A stretch of 64,000 nt of DNA from Narcine bancroftii (taxonomy: Eukaryota): contig NC_091470.1 in the NCBI RefSeq assembly GCF_036971445.1, positions 152,582,001 through 152,646,000 of the forward strand, written 5' to 3'. Numbering within the stretch: the stretch's first letter is position 1; the number at the start of each line of letters is the position of its first letter. Positions 13,318 to 26,090 of this stretch are shown here, piece after piece. Below the pieces are notes generated by a model that made no database searches, had not been told where the DNA came from, and saw nothing but the letters and a program-made list of their open reading frames with translations. The translations under genes were made by a program, and so were the position numbers.

Positions 13318-13540
13318 GGACAACACGGTTAGCGCAACTCTATCACAGTGTCTGTGATCAGGACAAGGATTCGAATCCCACATTGTCTGTGAAGAGTTTG
13401 TCCATTCTCCCTGTGTCTGCATGGGTTTTCTCCCACTGTTTAAAACGATCCGGGGTTGTAAGTCGATTGGGTGTAGTTGGGTGGCATGGGCTAGTGGGCC
13501 AAAAGGGCCTGTTACCGTGCTGTATGTCTAAAATAAAATC
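13318..13540 (+). mobile_element. HE1-like V-SINE, near full length
   Basis: B-box ggattcgaatccc, V-domain gagtttgtccattctccctgtgtctgcatgggtttt, CR1-like 3' tail. Confidence 0.82.
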
Positions 13541-13654
13541 CAAACAAATTTGGTAAAATAATAAGAAATTGGAACAGTTGTAGGCCATGTGGTCTCTTGG
13601 GCATGCTTCATCATAACAGGGTGGTGCATCAGTTGAATTTGCTGCCCATTGAAA

Positions 13655-13835
13655 CAATGGAGGCTATATCAGTAAATTTATTTAAGACAAGGTTGGATAG
13701 ATTTTTACATAGCAGGGGAAATTAAGGGATATGGTGAAAATCCAGGTAGGTCAAGGTGAGCCTATCAACAGATCATTGAATGGTGGAGCAGATTTGACAG
13801 GCCAAATGGCCTACTCCTGGTCCTATTTCTTGTGT
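13655..13835 (+). mobile_element. CR1 3' fragment
   Basis: tttaagacaaggttggatagatttt...ggccaaatggcctactcctggtcctatttctt. Confidence 0.7.
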
Positions 13836-13874
13836 ACAATGTGTGCATCGAATTGTGGTTAAAAAATAAAAGAA

Positions 13875-14165
13875 GCATGGTGGCACAGCCGTGGCTCAAT
13901 CCTGACATCATATGCTGTCCTGTGGGGTTTGTATATTTTCTTGCTGCAACAACTTGGATTTCCTCCAGGTCGTGTGGTTTATTCTACATATTCTATGCCA
14001 TCTCTCCCACATACTCATAGTTAAATGCAGGAGATAATTAAAAATAAAGTTGATGGAATATGAGACTGAGTCAGTTGCAGGACTATACAGATCAGGAATG
14101 AAACTCATGCGATTCCTGTGCAGGAGGCATACATTTACTTAATGGGCCGAATTACCTGTCATAAT
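13875..14165 (+). mobile_element. Old V-SINE-like fragment
   Basis: gcatggtggcacagc...gctgtcctgtggggtttgtatattttc; tail gggccgaattacctgt. Confidence 0.5.
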
Positions 14166-14880
14166 AAGATTATCGTAACTATGTGAGGTAATCACATACT
14201 ATTCCCAAAAGTAATTTTATGAACACTCCAGGAATAGAACAGGTCAAAGTATCCATTCATCACTGGAATGCTGACGTGAGAACTTGCAAGATCACATTAG
14301 CATTTCATGCAGAAATCACAACCTAATAATCTCCACGAAGGATTTGAGCAGGGAGGCCCCAATTTGCAACCAAAGAAAATTGGTGCCATCAGCCCTATGT
14401 GTATGAATGTAAATATAATAATTCTAACTGAGACAAATGAAAAAGGGACTTTTGTAAACAGTCCTTAAATGATTACTGGAATTGAAGATGGGAGAAAAGA
14501 AGTACACTTAGTAGGGAGATGCAACGAGTGTTTGACCATCAAAGTCCCCTTCACTTGCACATTTCATGGAAGTCCAAAGTTGCATCAGAAGACATAATGT
14601 GAAATTAAAATTAAATTTTAGGCCATTATGGTAACTTGAGATAAATTTGTTTTTGGTTGCAGCGACAAAATGCATATTAAAGTTTTGACTTCCAGCTGAA
14701 TTTGTCTCTTCAGGTTTGGATTCAATGTCTCCAAAGGCCAAGATTTTGCCCATTATGTTTGGCCATGACTCTCCAATCCAGGTAATATGTTAATGTACCT
14801 CTTCTGCACAAAGTCTCCACTCCCTTTCTGTAAGACTGAAACGGAACTGGACACAATACTTCAAATGTAGCCTAACCAAA

Positions 14881-15856
14881 AGCCCTTTTCACATTTACAA
14901 GTAGTCCCAGGAATTAATGACCAATTGGCCTTAAAAGGGTCTATGCAGTAGTTCTCAACCTTTTTCTTTCCACTCACATCCCACTTAAGTATTCCCTATG
15001 CCGTAGGTGCGCTGTGATTAGCAAGGGATTGCTTAAGATGGTATGTAGTTGGAAAGAAAAAGTTTGAAAACCACTGAGTGCAGGAATGTGAAGAAAGTAA
15101 AGATTAAAATGAAGGGATAAACTTTGCCATGGGAAAGTCACACCAGGAGAGAAGTGAAATAAATAGCAATAGCAGACAATTTTTAAACAGCGTGAGAAAG
15201 TTGGTAGTGCTATTGCGTACAATTTATAAAGACCGTTGGAAAAAAGTGTTGGCGGACCTGACTTCCCAGAATGCCGTGAGGCAGAGAAACCCCTCCATAA
15301 GTGCTCTGTGCATGCAGCCGTGCATACAGTCCTTTCTCTGCCACGGAATTTTGGGAGGGCAGTCTGCCATCGCTTTTCCGCATAGAATTTCTATATTGTG
15401 TGCTATGGCGCTACCAACTTGCCCACACTGTTTAAATTGTGCGCGATAGCTCTACCAACTTCGCCATGCTGTTTAAAAATTGTCTGATATTGTTATTTAT
15501 TGCTAGCACTTTCCCACCGTCCCTTAAAAAGGTTTATGTCAGTCAGACAACAACAACAGGAGCTGAAGGGATCATTCTGTGCTGTACATAAAGCTTAATT
15601 ATGTTATAATTAGGCATGATAATTTTGTTCAAATTTAAGATCATAATACACTGATTTGGATTTAGGGCAAGATCACCATTGCTCAATGTATTACTAGTAG
15701 AAGGTAGAACAGTCCTAATACTGGGGATGGCTCCTTGCAAGTGTGTACGTGTGCAGGGTCCAAGTTAAAAGTGACCAAGTGTGAACAGCAAAAATGCCAT
15801 TCTTATCCTGGGACACTGAACAGCCAATTTAGTGGGATACAAATGTAAAAGGGGTT
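14881..15856 (-). mobile_element. Non-autonomous PIF/Harbinger-like element, copy 2 (inverted relative to copy 1)
   Basis: agcccttttcaca...tgtaaaaggggtt; 3-bp TSD aaa/aaa reconstructable from the host CR1; reverse-complement homologue of 4498-5472. Confidence 0.82.
14946..15076. mobile_element. hAT mini-MITE unit (same as arm 1271-1401)
   Basis: cagtagttctcaacc...tttgaaaaccactg; no TSD; coincides with a deletion in the host element. Confidence 0.85.
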
Positions 15857-17284
15857 AAAGTCTTGTACAGCTGCAATGTGTCTTGACAACTTTGAGACTC
15901 AATGCCCAAAATGATGAAGGCAAATATCCTTTTTGCTTTCAAAGCCACCCTATCCACTTGTGCTGCCACTTTTAGAGAGCTAGGGGCTTGAATCCCAAGA
16001 TCCCTTTCAAACCTCCTTATAATCTTATCATTTAGAATTTACTTCCTCTTGCATTTGATCTGCCAAAATGCACCACCTCACACTGATCTGGATTAAATTA
16101 GGTTAATGTTCCAGGAATGTAGATGCAAGAATTTCAAGACAGATAATCAACTTTCAGCAGTTCCAAAAAAACTTGTACTGGGGAATCTACCCAATGAATC
16201 TGATGCAGGAACATTGTCAGTTCAGCACAATAAAGAAGAACAAATGCACAGATCTGGGAAACTATTAGATGATTTATATTTTTAATTGATTGAGTTTATT
16301 TAACTTGTAAGATTTGTGTTTTAATTATACTTTTTTAATTTTTAAATAGTTATCACATTTTTGTTTGAGTTTGATTAATTTTTAACAGATTTGAAATGTT
16401 TTAGAAAAGTTTTCAAAGATTCTGCTTCAACAAATTTTCAAAATTCTTTTCAGCCTCTCTGTCGCAAAGTTTGTTTTATCACCAAGAATTTATATCCAGA
16501 ATCCTGTACATGGCTGATATCATTGGTTATTACCAGGAGATCTATTCAAGCCAAACACAATATTAGCAAGTTGGTGAATAGTATTAGAAAATTTAAGGTA
16601 TTTGAATTGCATTGGATACAACGAGCAGTCAGCCTGTAATTTGCATGCGTTCGTAGCTGGTGACTAAAGACTGATGCTTTCCCTTTAGACACCGCATAAA
16701 CATGCCTGAAAATGTGTCAAAAATTTATAAATGGAAGTACAATTTGAATATTTGAATATAATCAATAATAAAGCATATAATTGGGAACATGGTACAGTCA
16801 GGGACGCCAGAAATAGTCATAACGTCTCATTCCTTCAACATAATGATGAAATCGAATTTAAAAAGTAAACTAGTTTCTATTTTTTTGAATTGCCAAAATG
16901 GAAATGATATCATACTATAGCTGTCAAAAATAAAATCTGTGCATCTTTCCACAAAAAGAACAGGATATGTGTGCCTGCAGATTTCTATTGCTTTAATACG
17001 CTGCATCATAGCTTCTGCCAATAAGTCAGTGTGTGTGAAGGTGAATGTTTATAATAGCCCACAGGTCAGCATGCCAGAAGTCAGTCCATGCCATTCATTT
17101 CAGCCCATCAATGAGCAATTAATACATTCATGGTTTTTCTTCCTCCATTGTCATTTTTTATTTCCAATCTCTTGCATATTCCCCTTGAAAGCATTAATTG
17201 TTTTCCAATTTCTTTTTCAGTTCTTAACTTTATATTGCACGTCAACTGGCTCCCACTGAAGAACCCAACATAGCAAAACTTAAG

Positions 17285-17500
17285 CAAACAATGAGAATCT
17301 GGAGGAAATCAGTGGCCCAGGCAGCATTCATGGGTAGAAATGATCAGTCAATATTTCAGGTTGGATCTCTTTATAATAAAGGCTCCCAAACTGAAACGCT
17401 AACTATTTCTCCCATGGATGCTGCCCAGACTTCTATGTAACTCCAGTTTCTGACTGCTTGCTCAAGATTCCAGCATCAGCTGTTTTTGTGCTTCTCCAAA
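17285..17500. mobile_element. Inverted pair of Penelope terminal fragments
   Basis: ctggaggaaatcag..ggcagcattcatggg versus cccatggatgctgcc..ctccag form imperfect inverted arms. Confidence 0.55.
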
Positions 17501-17817
17501 AGCCACTTAATCCTGTTCTCCCTCAAAATGTACATTACATACTTTCCAGCAGAGGGCAGGAACACTAAGTCAGTTTCCCCATTCCAGTTGCTACATTGAG
17601 ATCAGATTATTCGACACAAACATTGCTGGAGAACTTTATGAAAGAGGGGCAAAAATGAAAATTCAAACACTAACATTCACTGAATGCATTGGTTAAATTT
17701 TGGGAAAAATGGCTCTAAGTTATTTATCCCCTCTCTTGACCTCAACCATCATTAAAAAAAATAGATATTACTGCTCCATTGTTATTCTAGTTGCATTAAT
17801 TGTATCCAGTGCTCCAG

Positions 17818-17900
17818 TGTATTGCTCCAGTGCTGCCTGATTTGCTGGGTTGTCCCAATTGTATTGCTCCAGTGCTGCCTGATTTGCTGGGTTGTCCCAA
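17818..17900. repeat. Perfect tandem duplication, period 42
   Basis: tgtattgctccagtgctgcctgatttgctgggttgtcccaa at 17818-17858 and 17860-17900. Confidence 0.95.
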
Positions 17901-18804
17901 AGCCCTTTTATAAGCAACATACAACACAGATAAAGCAACATAATCACATTCTAACTGCCCCTACCCTGTCACAGATATCCCGTTTCTTATCCATTCCTTT
18001 CAACAACTTGTCTGCAACTTGAAACCTCCTCTTTTTTTCCCTATTCTGATAGAGTCATTGTCCTAAAATGCTAACTTTCTTTCTTCATGCGAATGCATCT
18101 GGCCTGCCAAGTATTTCCAGTATTTTTATTTCAGATGGTCAGAATCCTCTAGAAGAAGTTTAAGTTGCAATTAAACTTAAGTTGACATTTGATGTCTTAA
18201 ATATTTTGACAGAAATTCACAAAACATGACATTTCTATAAAACAAGTGATATAAACATCACAATAATTTTCTTAAAGTAACAACAACATGCTCCCATCAA
18301 AATTAACCTTCTTGCAATGTGTGCAAGACCAATGTGAGAAAACTGCAAGGGCAAAAAAGAACAGTAAAAATCAAGATGCCACAAAGAGGAAGAAACAAGA
18401 GGACAATGAGTTACTTGCCTTGGTGGGGCAGGGGGAAGCTTAAAATCTTTAATTTGTTCTTGTATCCTTCAATATAATAATGTAGTGGATCGGGGCAAAT
18501 GGGAGACAAAGGTTAATGATGAAGGAAAGGACAGAGAGGCTATCTTAAAAGTATTGAGATACATAAAATTTAAAGAAGGAAACACATGTACAATGCATCA
18601 CAGATGAATATGAAACAAGCCATTCAATGCATTTGTTCCAGGATGATGTTTATGATGAACACAACTGAAAACCCATTATTCTTTATCGAAAGCTAAGTGG
18701 GGAAAAAATCAGCAGTAAACACTTGATTCAAAAATGCTCCAGCATACATTAAAATTATGGTTGATAGTCCACCTCAACTCCACTGCCATCTAATCTTAAC
18801 ATTC

Positions 18805-19960
18805 ATAGAGACAGAGAATCATATCGCATTGAAACAAGCCCTTCAACCCAACTTGCCCACTCGGACCAAAATGTTCCATCTACACTCGTCCCACTTGCTC
18901 ACATTTGCCTCGTATCCTTCTCAAACTGTCCAATCCATCTATTCATTTTTTTTTCCTTAATCACTGCAAAAGTACCTGTCTGAACCACCTTCTCTGGCAG
19001 ACTATTCCATGGACTCACCACCTTCTGTGTTAAAACATTACTCCTCAGATTCCTGTTTAATCTCTCCCCTTTGACCTGAAACAGATGTGTCTCAAACTTT
19101 GATGAAGGGCTCAAGCCCGAAATGTCGGTTTTGTATCTTTGCCTGTCCTACATAAAGGACCCCCTGAGCTTCTCCAATATTTTGTGTTTTTACCTCAACC
19201 ACAGTATCTAAAGAATTCTGTGATTTACTTCCTCTGATTATTAAATCTCTTACTCTCGGCAAAAGATTCATCACATTCACCCGTTCTTCACATAATTTTA
19301 TATTCCTCAATGAGATTCAATCTCAACGTCCTGCTCTCCAAGGAATAAAGCTATGGCCTGCTCAATTCTCCCTATAACTCAAGCCCCCAAGTCCTGGCAA
19401 CATCTTTGTCGATCTTCTTTACACCCTTTCCAGCTTGACAACATTTTTCTTTTCGAATGGAGAAAAAAGTGAACACAATACTGTACTCCAGAAGGGAGAC
19501 AATTGCAACAAGACCTCCAAAACTTCTATACTCAAGATTCTGACTGATGAAGGCCAATGCGCTGAAAGCCTTTTGACCACCCATCTAGCCTTTCAAGGTA
19601 CTATGTGTCTGTACTGAAAGATCCCTCTGATCTACAACACTACTTATATCCCTGCCATTCACTGTTTAGGTGCTACCTGCATTAGATATCCCAAAATGTG
19701 ACACCTTACAATTCTCTGTATTAAATTCTATCCACCATTTCTCTGCCCACCTGTCTGATCAATCAAGATCCTGCTGCAATCTTTGGCCACAATCTTCACG
19801 ATCTACACTTTAGAGTTATGCGTAAACTTGCAAATTATGGCACATACATATTCATTTAAATCATCGATATAGATGACAAATGCCAATGGGCCAAGCTTCA
19901 AGCCGTGTGGCACACCACTTGTTTCAGGCCTCCAATCCAAAAGTCAACCTTGCACCATCA
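18805..19960 (-). mobile_element. CR1 fragment with inserted Penelope terminus (about 19092-19225)
   Basis: Minus-strand KGERLNRNLRSNVLTQKVVSPWNSLPE and KAFSALAFISQNLEYRS; the insert carries ttgatgaagggctcaagcccgaaa. Confidence 0.78.
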
Positions 19961-20504
19961 CATTATGTTTTGTACTGTGAAGCCAACTTTCTATCCATTC
20001 TGCAAACTCACATTGGATCCAATGAAATCTCACCTTCCAAAGCAGCTTACCATGCAGAATCTTATTGCTAAAATCCAAATACAAGTCCATATCTCTGCCC
20101 TCGCCAACCTTCTTGGCCACATCTTTTATTCAAAAAAAACCTCCTGTAGGCCAAGTTCTCCAAAAATGTATCAATCCTATTTTATCAATCTGAACAAATA
20201 ATAATCACAGCCATACTCACCAAATTAAAGAAAGAGGAAATGAATTGATGAATAAGCTTGGACAACTGATTGAAATGCTTACCAATGTGAATCCAAGATG
20301 AGAAAACATTTTTTTGCTCTGTCTCCAGAATTTTTTTAAAATTAAATTACTTACATGTCTAATTTTTTTTTCCACTTTTTATTTTACCCTGGAAATAGCC
20401 TTGTTGACAAGATACATCAAATCTTATTACTGTATCAATATAATGATAAAATGTAATAAACGTAATTGCACGTTATGCCTGCATATATGCTCAACTAAAT
20501 GATA

Positions 20505-20960
20505 TTCCCAAGTCAAGCTTATTGTCACCTGATTATATAAGTACAACCCAATGAAACAGCATTCTCTGGTCCACAGTGTAAAACACGCAGTCACACAACC
20601 AGACCTAACACACATAGAGACAAACAATACATAGGCAGGACAAGTATTTATCTGTAAATAAATGAATATTGGTTTGTAGATATGAGAGTCACAGATGGTT
20701 AGTGTGAGCAGTTCCTTTGGTCAGTTTGGTGGTGCTGGCTCTGATTCTCTTCCCCAACAGGAGCAGCTGAATGATGCTCTGTGCAGGGTGGAAGGGGTCC
20801 TCAATGATTTTGTGCACCCTTGTCAGATAAGATCCCGGTAGATCACATCAATGGTTTGGGGGTGGGGGGTGACTCCAGTGATCCTGTCTGCTTCTCATGG
20901 TCCTGTGGATTGACGGCCAATTCAATTCATTTCTCTGCAGCAACCGTAACTCACAGTTCT
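20505..20960 (-). mobile_element. Rex1/Babar-like LINE 3' fragment
   Basis: caagtcaagcttattgtca tail; on the minus strand a KIIEDPFHPAQS.FQLL-like motif. Confidence 0.6.
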
Positions 20961-21704
20961 TCAAGAAGCATCAGAATTCTGCCACATTCATGGGGAGTCT
21001 GACATGGGAATCAACATCTCCCTTGCCAGTAATCCTCATGGAAATGTACTTGCCTAAAATGTGTAATTATTGTTAAAACACTCTGTTCACACTGTACTTT
21101 TCACATCATGGGGTTGCCTGTCTATTGAATTTAGTTGTAGTTTATGAAATTGGAACAGCAAGGGCAGATTCTTTCAAACAATTCAAACAATATGTACATC
21201 ATTACTGCTTGCACAAAGTTCTGTTACTCCATACTTACCAGCACAATGAGAATCCTTATGCTTGTGATCCAAGGAAGCTCAATGCCAATTTCTGAAGGTC
21301 AATAAATATTGATTTTTCTAGTGATGACTACATCCCAAGAAAAATAATTTAAATAGTCAAGCAACTCACAGTTTGAAAGCTTTTGAAGCCCAAGTTTTGG
21401 TTCAGTCAAAGTGAATGCAGAGGATTCATTTATTGTTGATGGTGGAGAAAAATAAGGCCATAAAGATGAATACTCGTAAAATGCTCATAAAACTACCACT
21501 CAGAGCTATATATTCTGTCAATATGCTTTTAACTCTTTGTCTCTTCACATGAAAGCAATTTCAAGTCAGCAGAAAGACACAGGAAGGTGAGGGCTACATA
21601 ATATAAAGATGCTAGGAAATAAATATTGAAATGCATTTCCATTAAGAAAAGAGTAAAAAAAGTGTGAAGCAGCAGAAATGGGGAAAAATTATATGCATAT
21701 GATT

Positions 21705-22050
21705 TGAGGAGTCATGATTGTAATAGCTGTGCTAAGCTGTGATGAGCAGCATGGGGGTGCAGTTCCAGTATTTCCAAGTTGCCTGCCCAAAGCTTGGCAC
21801 TTTCTTCACATGGACATCCTCTGGGTGCTCTGGTTTCCCTCCATATCCCAAAGTTCTGCCAGCTGGTAGATTAATTGGCCACTGTAAATTGGTTCTGATG
21901 GCAGGAGAATCAGAGAGACTCAATGGGCACATGAAAGAGAAATTACCAAGAAATAATTAAGGGAATGCTATTGATGGGGATGCTCTCAAAGCTGGTAAAG
22001 CATTGAGTGGCTGAATGGACTGCTTATGCAATGAGAAATTTAAAAAATAA
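21705..22050 (+). mobile_element. Old V-SINE-like element
   Basis: ctctgggtgctctggtttccctccatatcccaaag...ttaattggccactgtaaatt. Confidence 0.55.
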
Positions 22051-25000
22051 AAATGAATGGTGAGATATCAAGCTGATGCTCATTCCCCACCAGCTATTAA
22101 GCTTAAAAAGAACCTATCTTCACACTCATAGAATGTAGTTTTTTTCATAATAAAGAAAATTTCACCACTTATTTCAGCTTAACTGATCACGTGACCAGCC
22201 AAGACAGAGTTTTGGATGCTGTAGATTTCACCTTTGTATCGATTATTCTTTTGCTTCAGAATAGAAGCTCAATGGTCTTGATGTCACAATGGTCACACAC
22301 TGTCAGCTTCCTCATCAAGAGGTATTTAAAATATTTTTGGTCAGACCACTGGACATTTATGATCTTTTTATTTGAATTAATAAATTCAAATTTACTATCC
22401 AAAACTGAAGATTTACATCTCCGAGGAGTTCATAAAATTAGCAGCCTCAGTTGACAAATAAGGCAGCTAGTTTATCATAATCTATTTGAACAGAAAAGGC
22501 ACATTAAATTTTGACAATGGAAACCCTCCAACACCTTTAGTTTTTGCACCCCTCTCTCCAATGACTCCATTAATTCTTTAAGAGCATTTAATTTCTATGC
22601 CATAAAACTGGAGGTTGGCATAGAATTTTTTTTACTTACTTTTAGTTCTGTCTACTTTTATCTCTCAAATCTTTCTCAGACCATCTTCACTTGCCAAGAG
22701 GCTGGATGGTCAATTTTTATTCCATTACCAGTACCCCAATTTCTCAAATTTTTGTATTTCTTACCAAATGGGAAAATGTAGCACACATTTTTCTGAAACT
22801 CACCTTGCCCAGAGGAAATTCGGAACTCAACATATATCCTTTAAGAATAATGTAAGGGGCACTGGGCAATCCTAATGGTGACTCTGTCTGCCTCACAGCA
22901 GGCAAAAGTTAAAGGATGCCATATATGTTGCATTTTGATGTATTATGTGACAATAAAAAGAATGCTTGAAGTGACATTGGATTAGGATTTGTTCAGAGTG
23001 AAAGACTATAATTTAAACAAAAGAAGATCTCCTTCCATGGCCTCGGCTGCATTCCTTCTTCTAGCAAGAACACCAATAGGATGAAGGAAACTCATCTTCA
23101 AATAGGAAACCTGAATTAATAGCTTTGCCAAAAAGTGAACTTGCTTTCCATCTTACCTCATGGAGTGCATGCAATTTAAAAAGGTATAAAATGCATAAAT
23201 TATTGGACTCATCAGATTCACTCTAAAATATGATGACACAATGAACCACTGAAGATGATTATCAGAATTGGAAAGTTTAGTCTGTTCAGCTTATTAGTGA
23301 AAGATAAAATATATTCACCATCATGACTGATAGACTGAGAGGCATGAAAGATGAGCTGACAACAGCACTAAGCCACACAGACCAGTTGGTCCAATGTGCA
23401 AAAATCACAATTATTTTGGTTTATCAGTCTTCAGCTTGGTAGAGGAAGAACAGGCCTCAACAGCTTTGGAACTCTCATCCAAGTTATGAAGAATAAGCAA
23501 AGGGAGAATTTTTGACCATCGTACTTATGCAATTGTTGGAGAATTGACAATCATAATACCTCATGTAGCATCAATCCAGCCTCTCAACAACTTTCAGTCC
23601 TCATTCAATCACAGATCATTGGCACTTGGGCAAGATTCTGACAGAATGAACACAATGAAAATTAATGAGGAATAATGATGCAGGGATCTACAAATAAACT
23701 AAATCAGCACTCGTCAAAATTGAATTATATCAACAAACATTCTCCACTCGACCATGTTTTCATTCTCTCTTTTTTAATTCACATTTTTGAGGTAATAGTA
23801 CAAGGTGGTGAAACAAAAAAAATCTATTACAAAATTTAAAATGTGGAGGCTCAAAGAAATTTAAATTGTTAAGGAATAAATAAGTAACCTTGACGTGACT
23901 AAGAATATAACAATTATAATTAAATGTAAACTACCTTTCTCAAAAGCAAACAAGGGAATTACAATGGTTGAAAATGGCAATCAGTTCCCAAAAGACCAAT
24001 TAACATTGACCTCTTTCCCTTCCTGATACACTGGGCAAGGTTTGTAGCATTTGACAGATGTAACTGTGACGTCTCAGAGGATGGCTTGGTATTTTCATAT
24101 ATTCCTCTGGCTGATTGCGAGCTTAATATCTCCAGAATCAAAAGGCAGCAGCAAATGCCGGTCTTCAGCCTCTGCATATGGATGAATGAGATATGCGCTA
24201 TCAACCAGTCTTTCCTACTTAAAATAATTATCCTTTTTATGCACCCAAGCATTCTGTCCTCAAGTTTATAACGACGTGCACAAGACATAACCAGTCACAG
24301 GTCATGATTCTGTTGAGTTGTGCGGGCTCTGTCCCCAATTGCATTCACAAAGGCTGTTATGCAAATGACTAATGTTTTCAGAGAACTAGAGTGGAGTTAG
24401 AAAGTACATTTTTTATATCTTCATTTTATTTTCGTCAAGAAACCTCATACCTCATATACCTGAGCACTCTCCACTCAGGTTTCACAAGCCCAAAGATTAC
24501 ATGTCGTCAACAATGTGATGCACTTTGTGTAGAAACAGGTATCTATTTCCCTGATGATGTGGCTCTCACTGGCATAACGTTCAACTGGCATCCATAATCT
24601 TTCAGTTCCTTTCATGCATATTGAGATTAAACAGCAAGAATCATACTGTGGAGAGCATTGTTAAACCTCCTCCCATCTGCACACAGGATCATTGCAACAG
24701 CAAAATTTCCCCCAACCCGGCTGGTTCTTGGGTTGAAGAAATATTGCATTATGGACCAAACAGCCATCTTCTAATTAATGAGATTCAAGGATTCCTATCA
24801 TAACAGCATTACTCCTGACAAGATCAACAGTCCTGACAACAAAACCAAGGATCTTCTTGTGTGGCTCATTTCATAGAGGGAATTGCAATTTCGAACAGAC
24901 TCTTCTGCAAAAAGACATCCATCTTTGAATGTGGTGTTTCTTTTCATCAGAGATTTTAACTATGTGTGAACACTTCACTGAGTAGTCGCATATTTTACTT

Positions 25001-25099
25001 CCAAGGTTGAGATCATCCTTGAGAAGGTTGTTGAGTCAACTTCATAAATATACATTATGATGTAGCACATCATCCTTAGCCTTTACCTATATTTCCAAA

Positions 25100-26090
25100 T
25101 GTTACAGGCCCTGAGGATCCAAAAACCCAGCAGCAATAGAAATTCAGCAAGAAAAATGGTTATTTAAACAAAAGTCATATAAAAAAAATTTTAAACATAA
25201 AAACAGGATCAAACTTTAACTTATTACTATTAACTTAACACCCTTCTAAAGACTTAGAATGTATGAAATGTGTGCATAAGTTCAGAAAAGTTCTTTGATT
25301 CACAGTCCAATCTCACTTCTCACTCATCCAAGTTCACTGGTATCAGGCAATTGCTGTGCACAGAATGTAATATTTATGCATTTTCACCAGGCTCTGGAGG
25401 AAACGGTTAAATGGTTGCCACTCAGAAAGGTTCTGGTCAGATTTCAGAGAGAGACTCGTTGCTCATTGGGCACAAAAAAACAAATTTACTTCCATCAGTT
25501 ACTTCAGTGTCTTGCCAAAGAAACTTGCCTCATCAAGGTTTTCCAAATGGTTACCTATTCTTCTGCAGGTCACCACAGAGTTCCTTTTAATTTCCCTTAT
25601 TTCGGGTGAAACACTCGAGCCAGTCATTTCCTCTTTATGGCTACCAGCTTGCCATGTTGCAGAAACCAGTTCTCTATGTCACTCTCTTTCTCTCTCTCTC
25701 TCTCTGAGAAAGCCTGTTTTGTCTCCTCTCTCTTTCTGCTTGCAAAACCACATGACCTTCTTAGAACAGCCAACTGCATTCAGTCAGATTGCAGCACCAG
25801 ACCCAATCTTCTGAGTCCGTTCATCTGTTGCTTTCAAAACAAATAATCCATCTCTCCACAGCAGGTCCAATTAACACCTACTTGTGAAGTCTTCATAGGC
25901 ATTCTTCAAAGTTTTTGCAAAAGCACTCGGAGTCTGGACTGTCTGTCTTGAGCAGAGCTCTAGCATTTTAAATGAGATCTGTTTTGTGTAGTGACCTACA
26001 CTACTCCCACAATCTATCTCCTTCAAAATAAAATATAAACAGATAAAATATTTTATATATACAATATAAAATATGATATAATCTGTCACA
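25100..26090 (-). mobile_element. Solo LTR, family B copy 1
   Basis: TGTTA...TCACA termini; reverse-complement homologue of 58363-59388; TSD not preserved. Confidence 0.8.

Larger units (their letters stand above)
14768..16100 (-). mobile_element. CR1 fragment split by a Harbinger-like element
   Basis: Sequence joins as cctaaccaaa|gtcttgtacagc across the insertion; CR1 RT C-terminal-like sequence on both sides. Confidence 0.7.

Noticed and set aside
13318-13385. tRNA gene
   Set aside because: The B-box belongs to a SINE head; no cloverleaf, and it continues into the SINE core.
14714-14781. Plus-strand exon candidate (cttcag|GTTTGG...CCAG|gtaata)
   Set aside because: The donor lies in CR1-derived sequence and the peptide is not recognised.
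21231-21241. ATACTTACC as a U1 snRNA 5' end
   Set aside because: Similarity stops after 9 nt; better read as a minus-strand splice donor.
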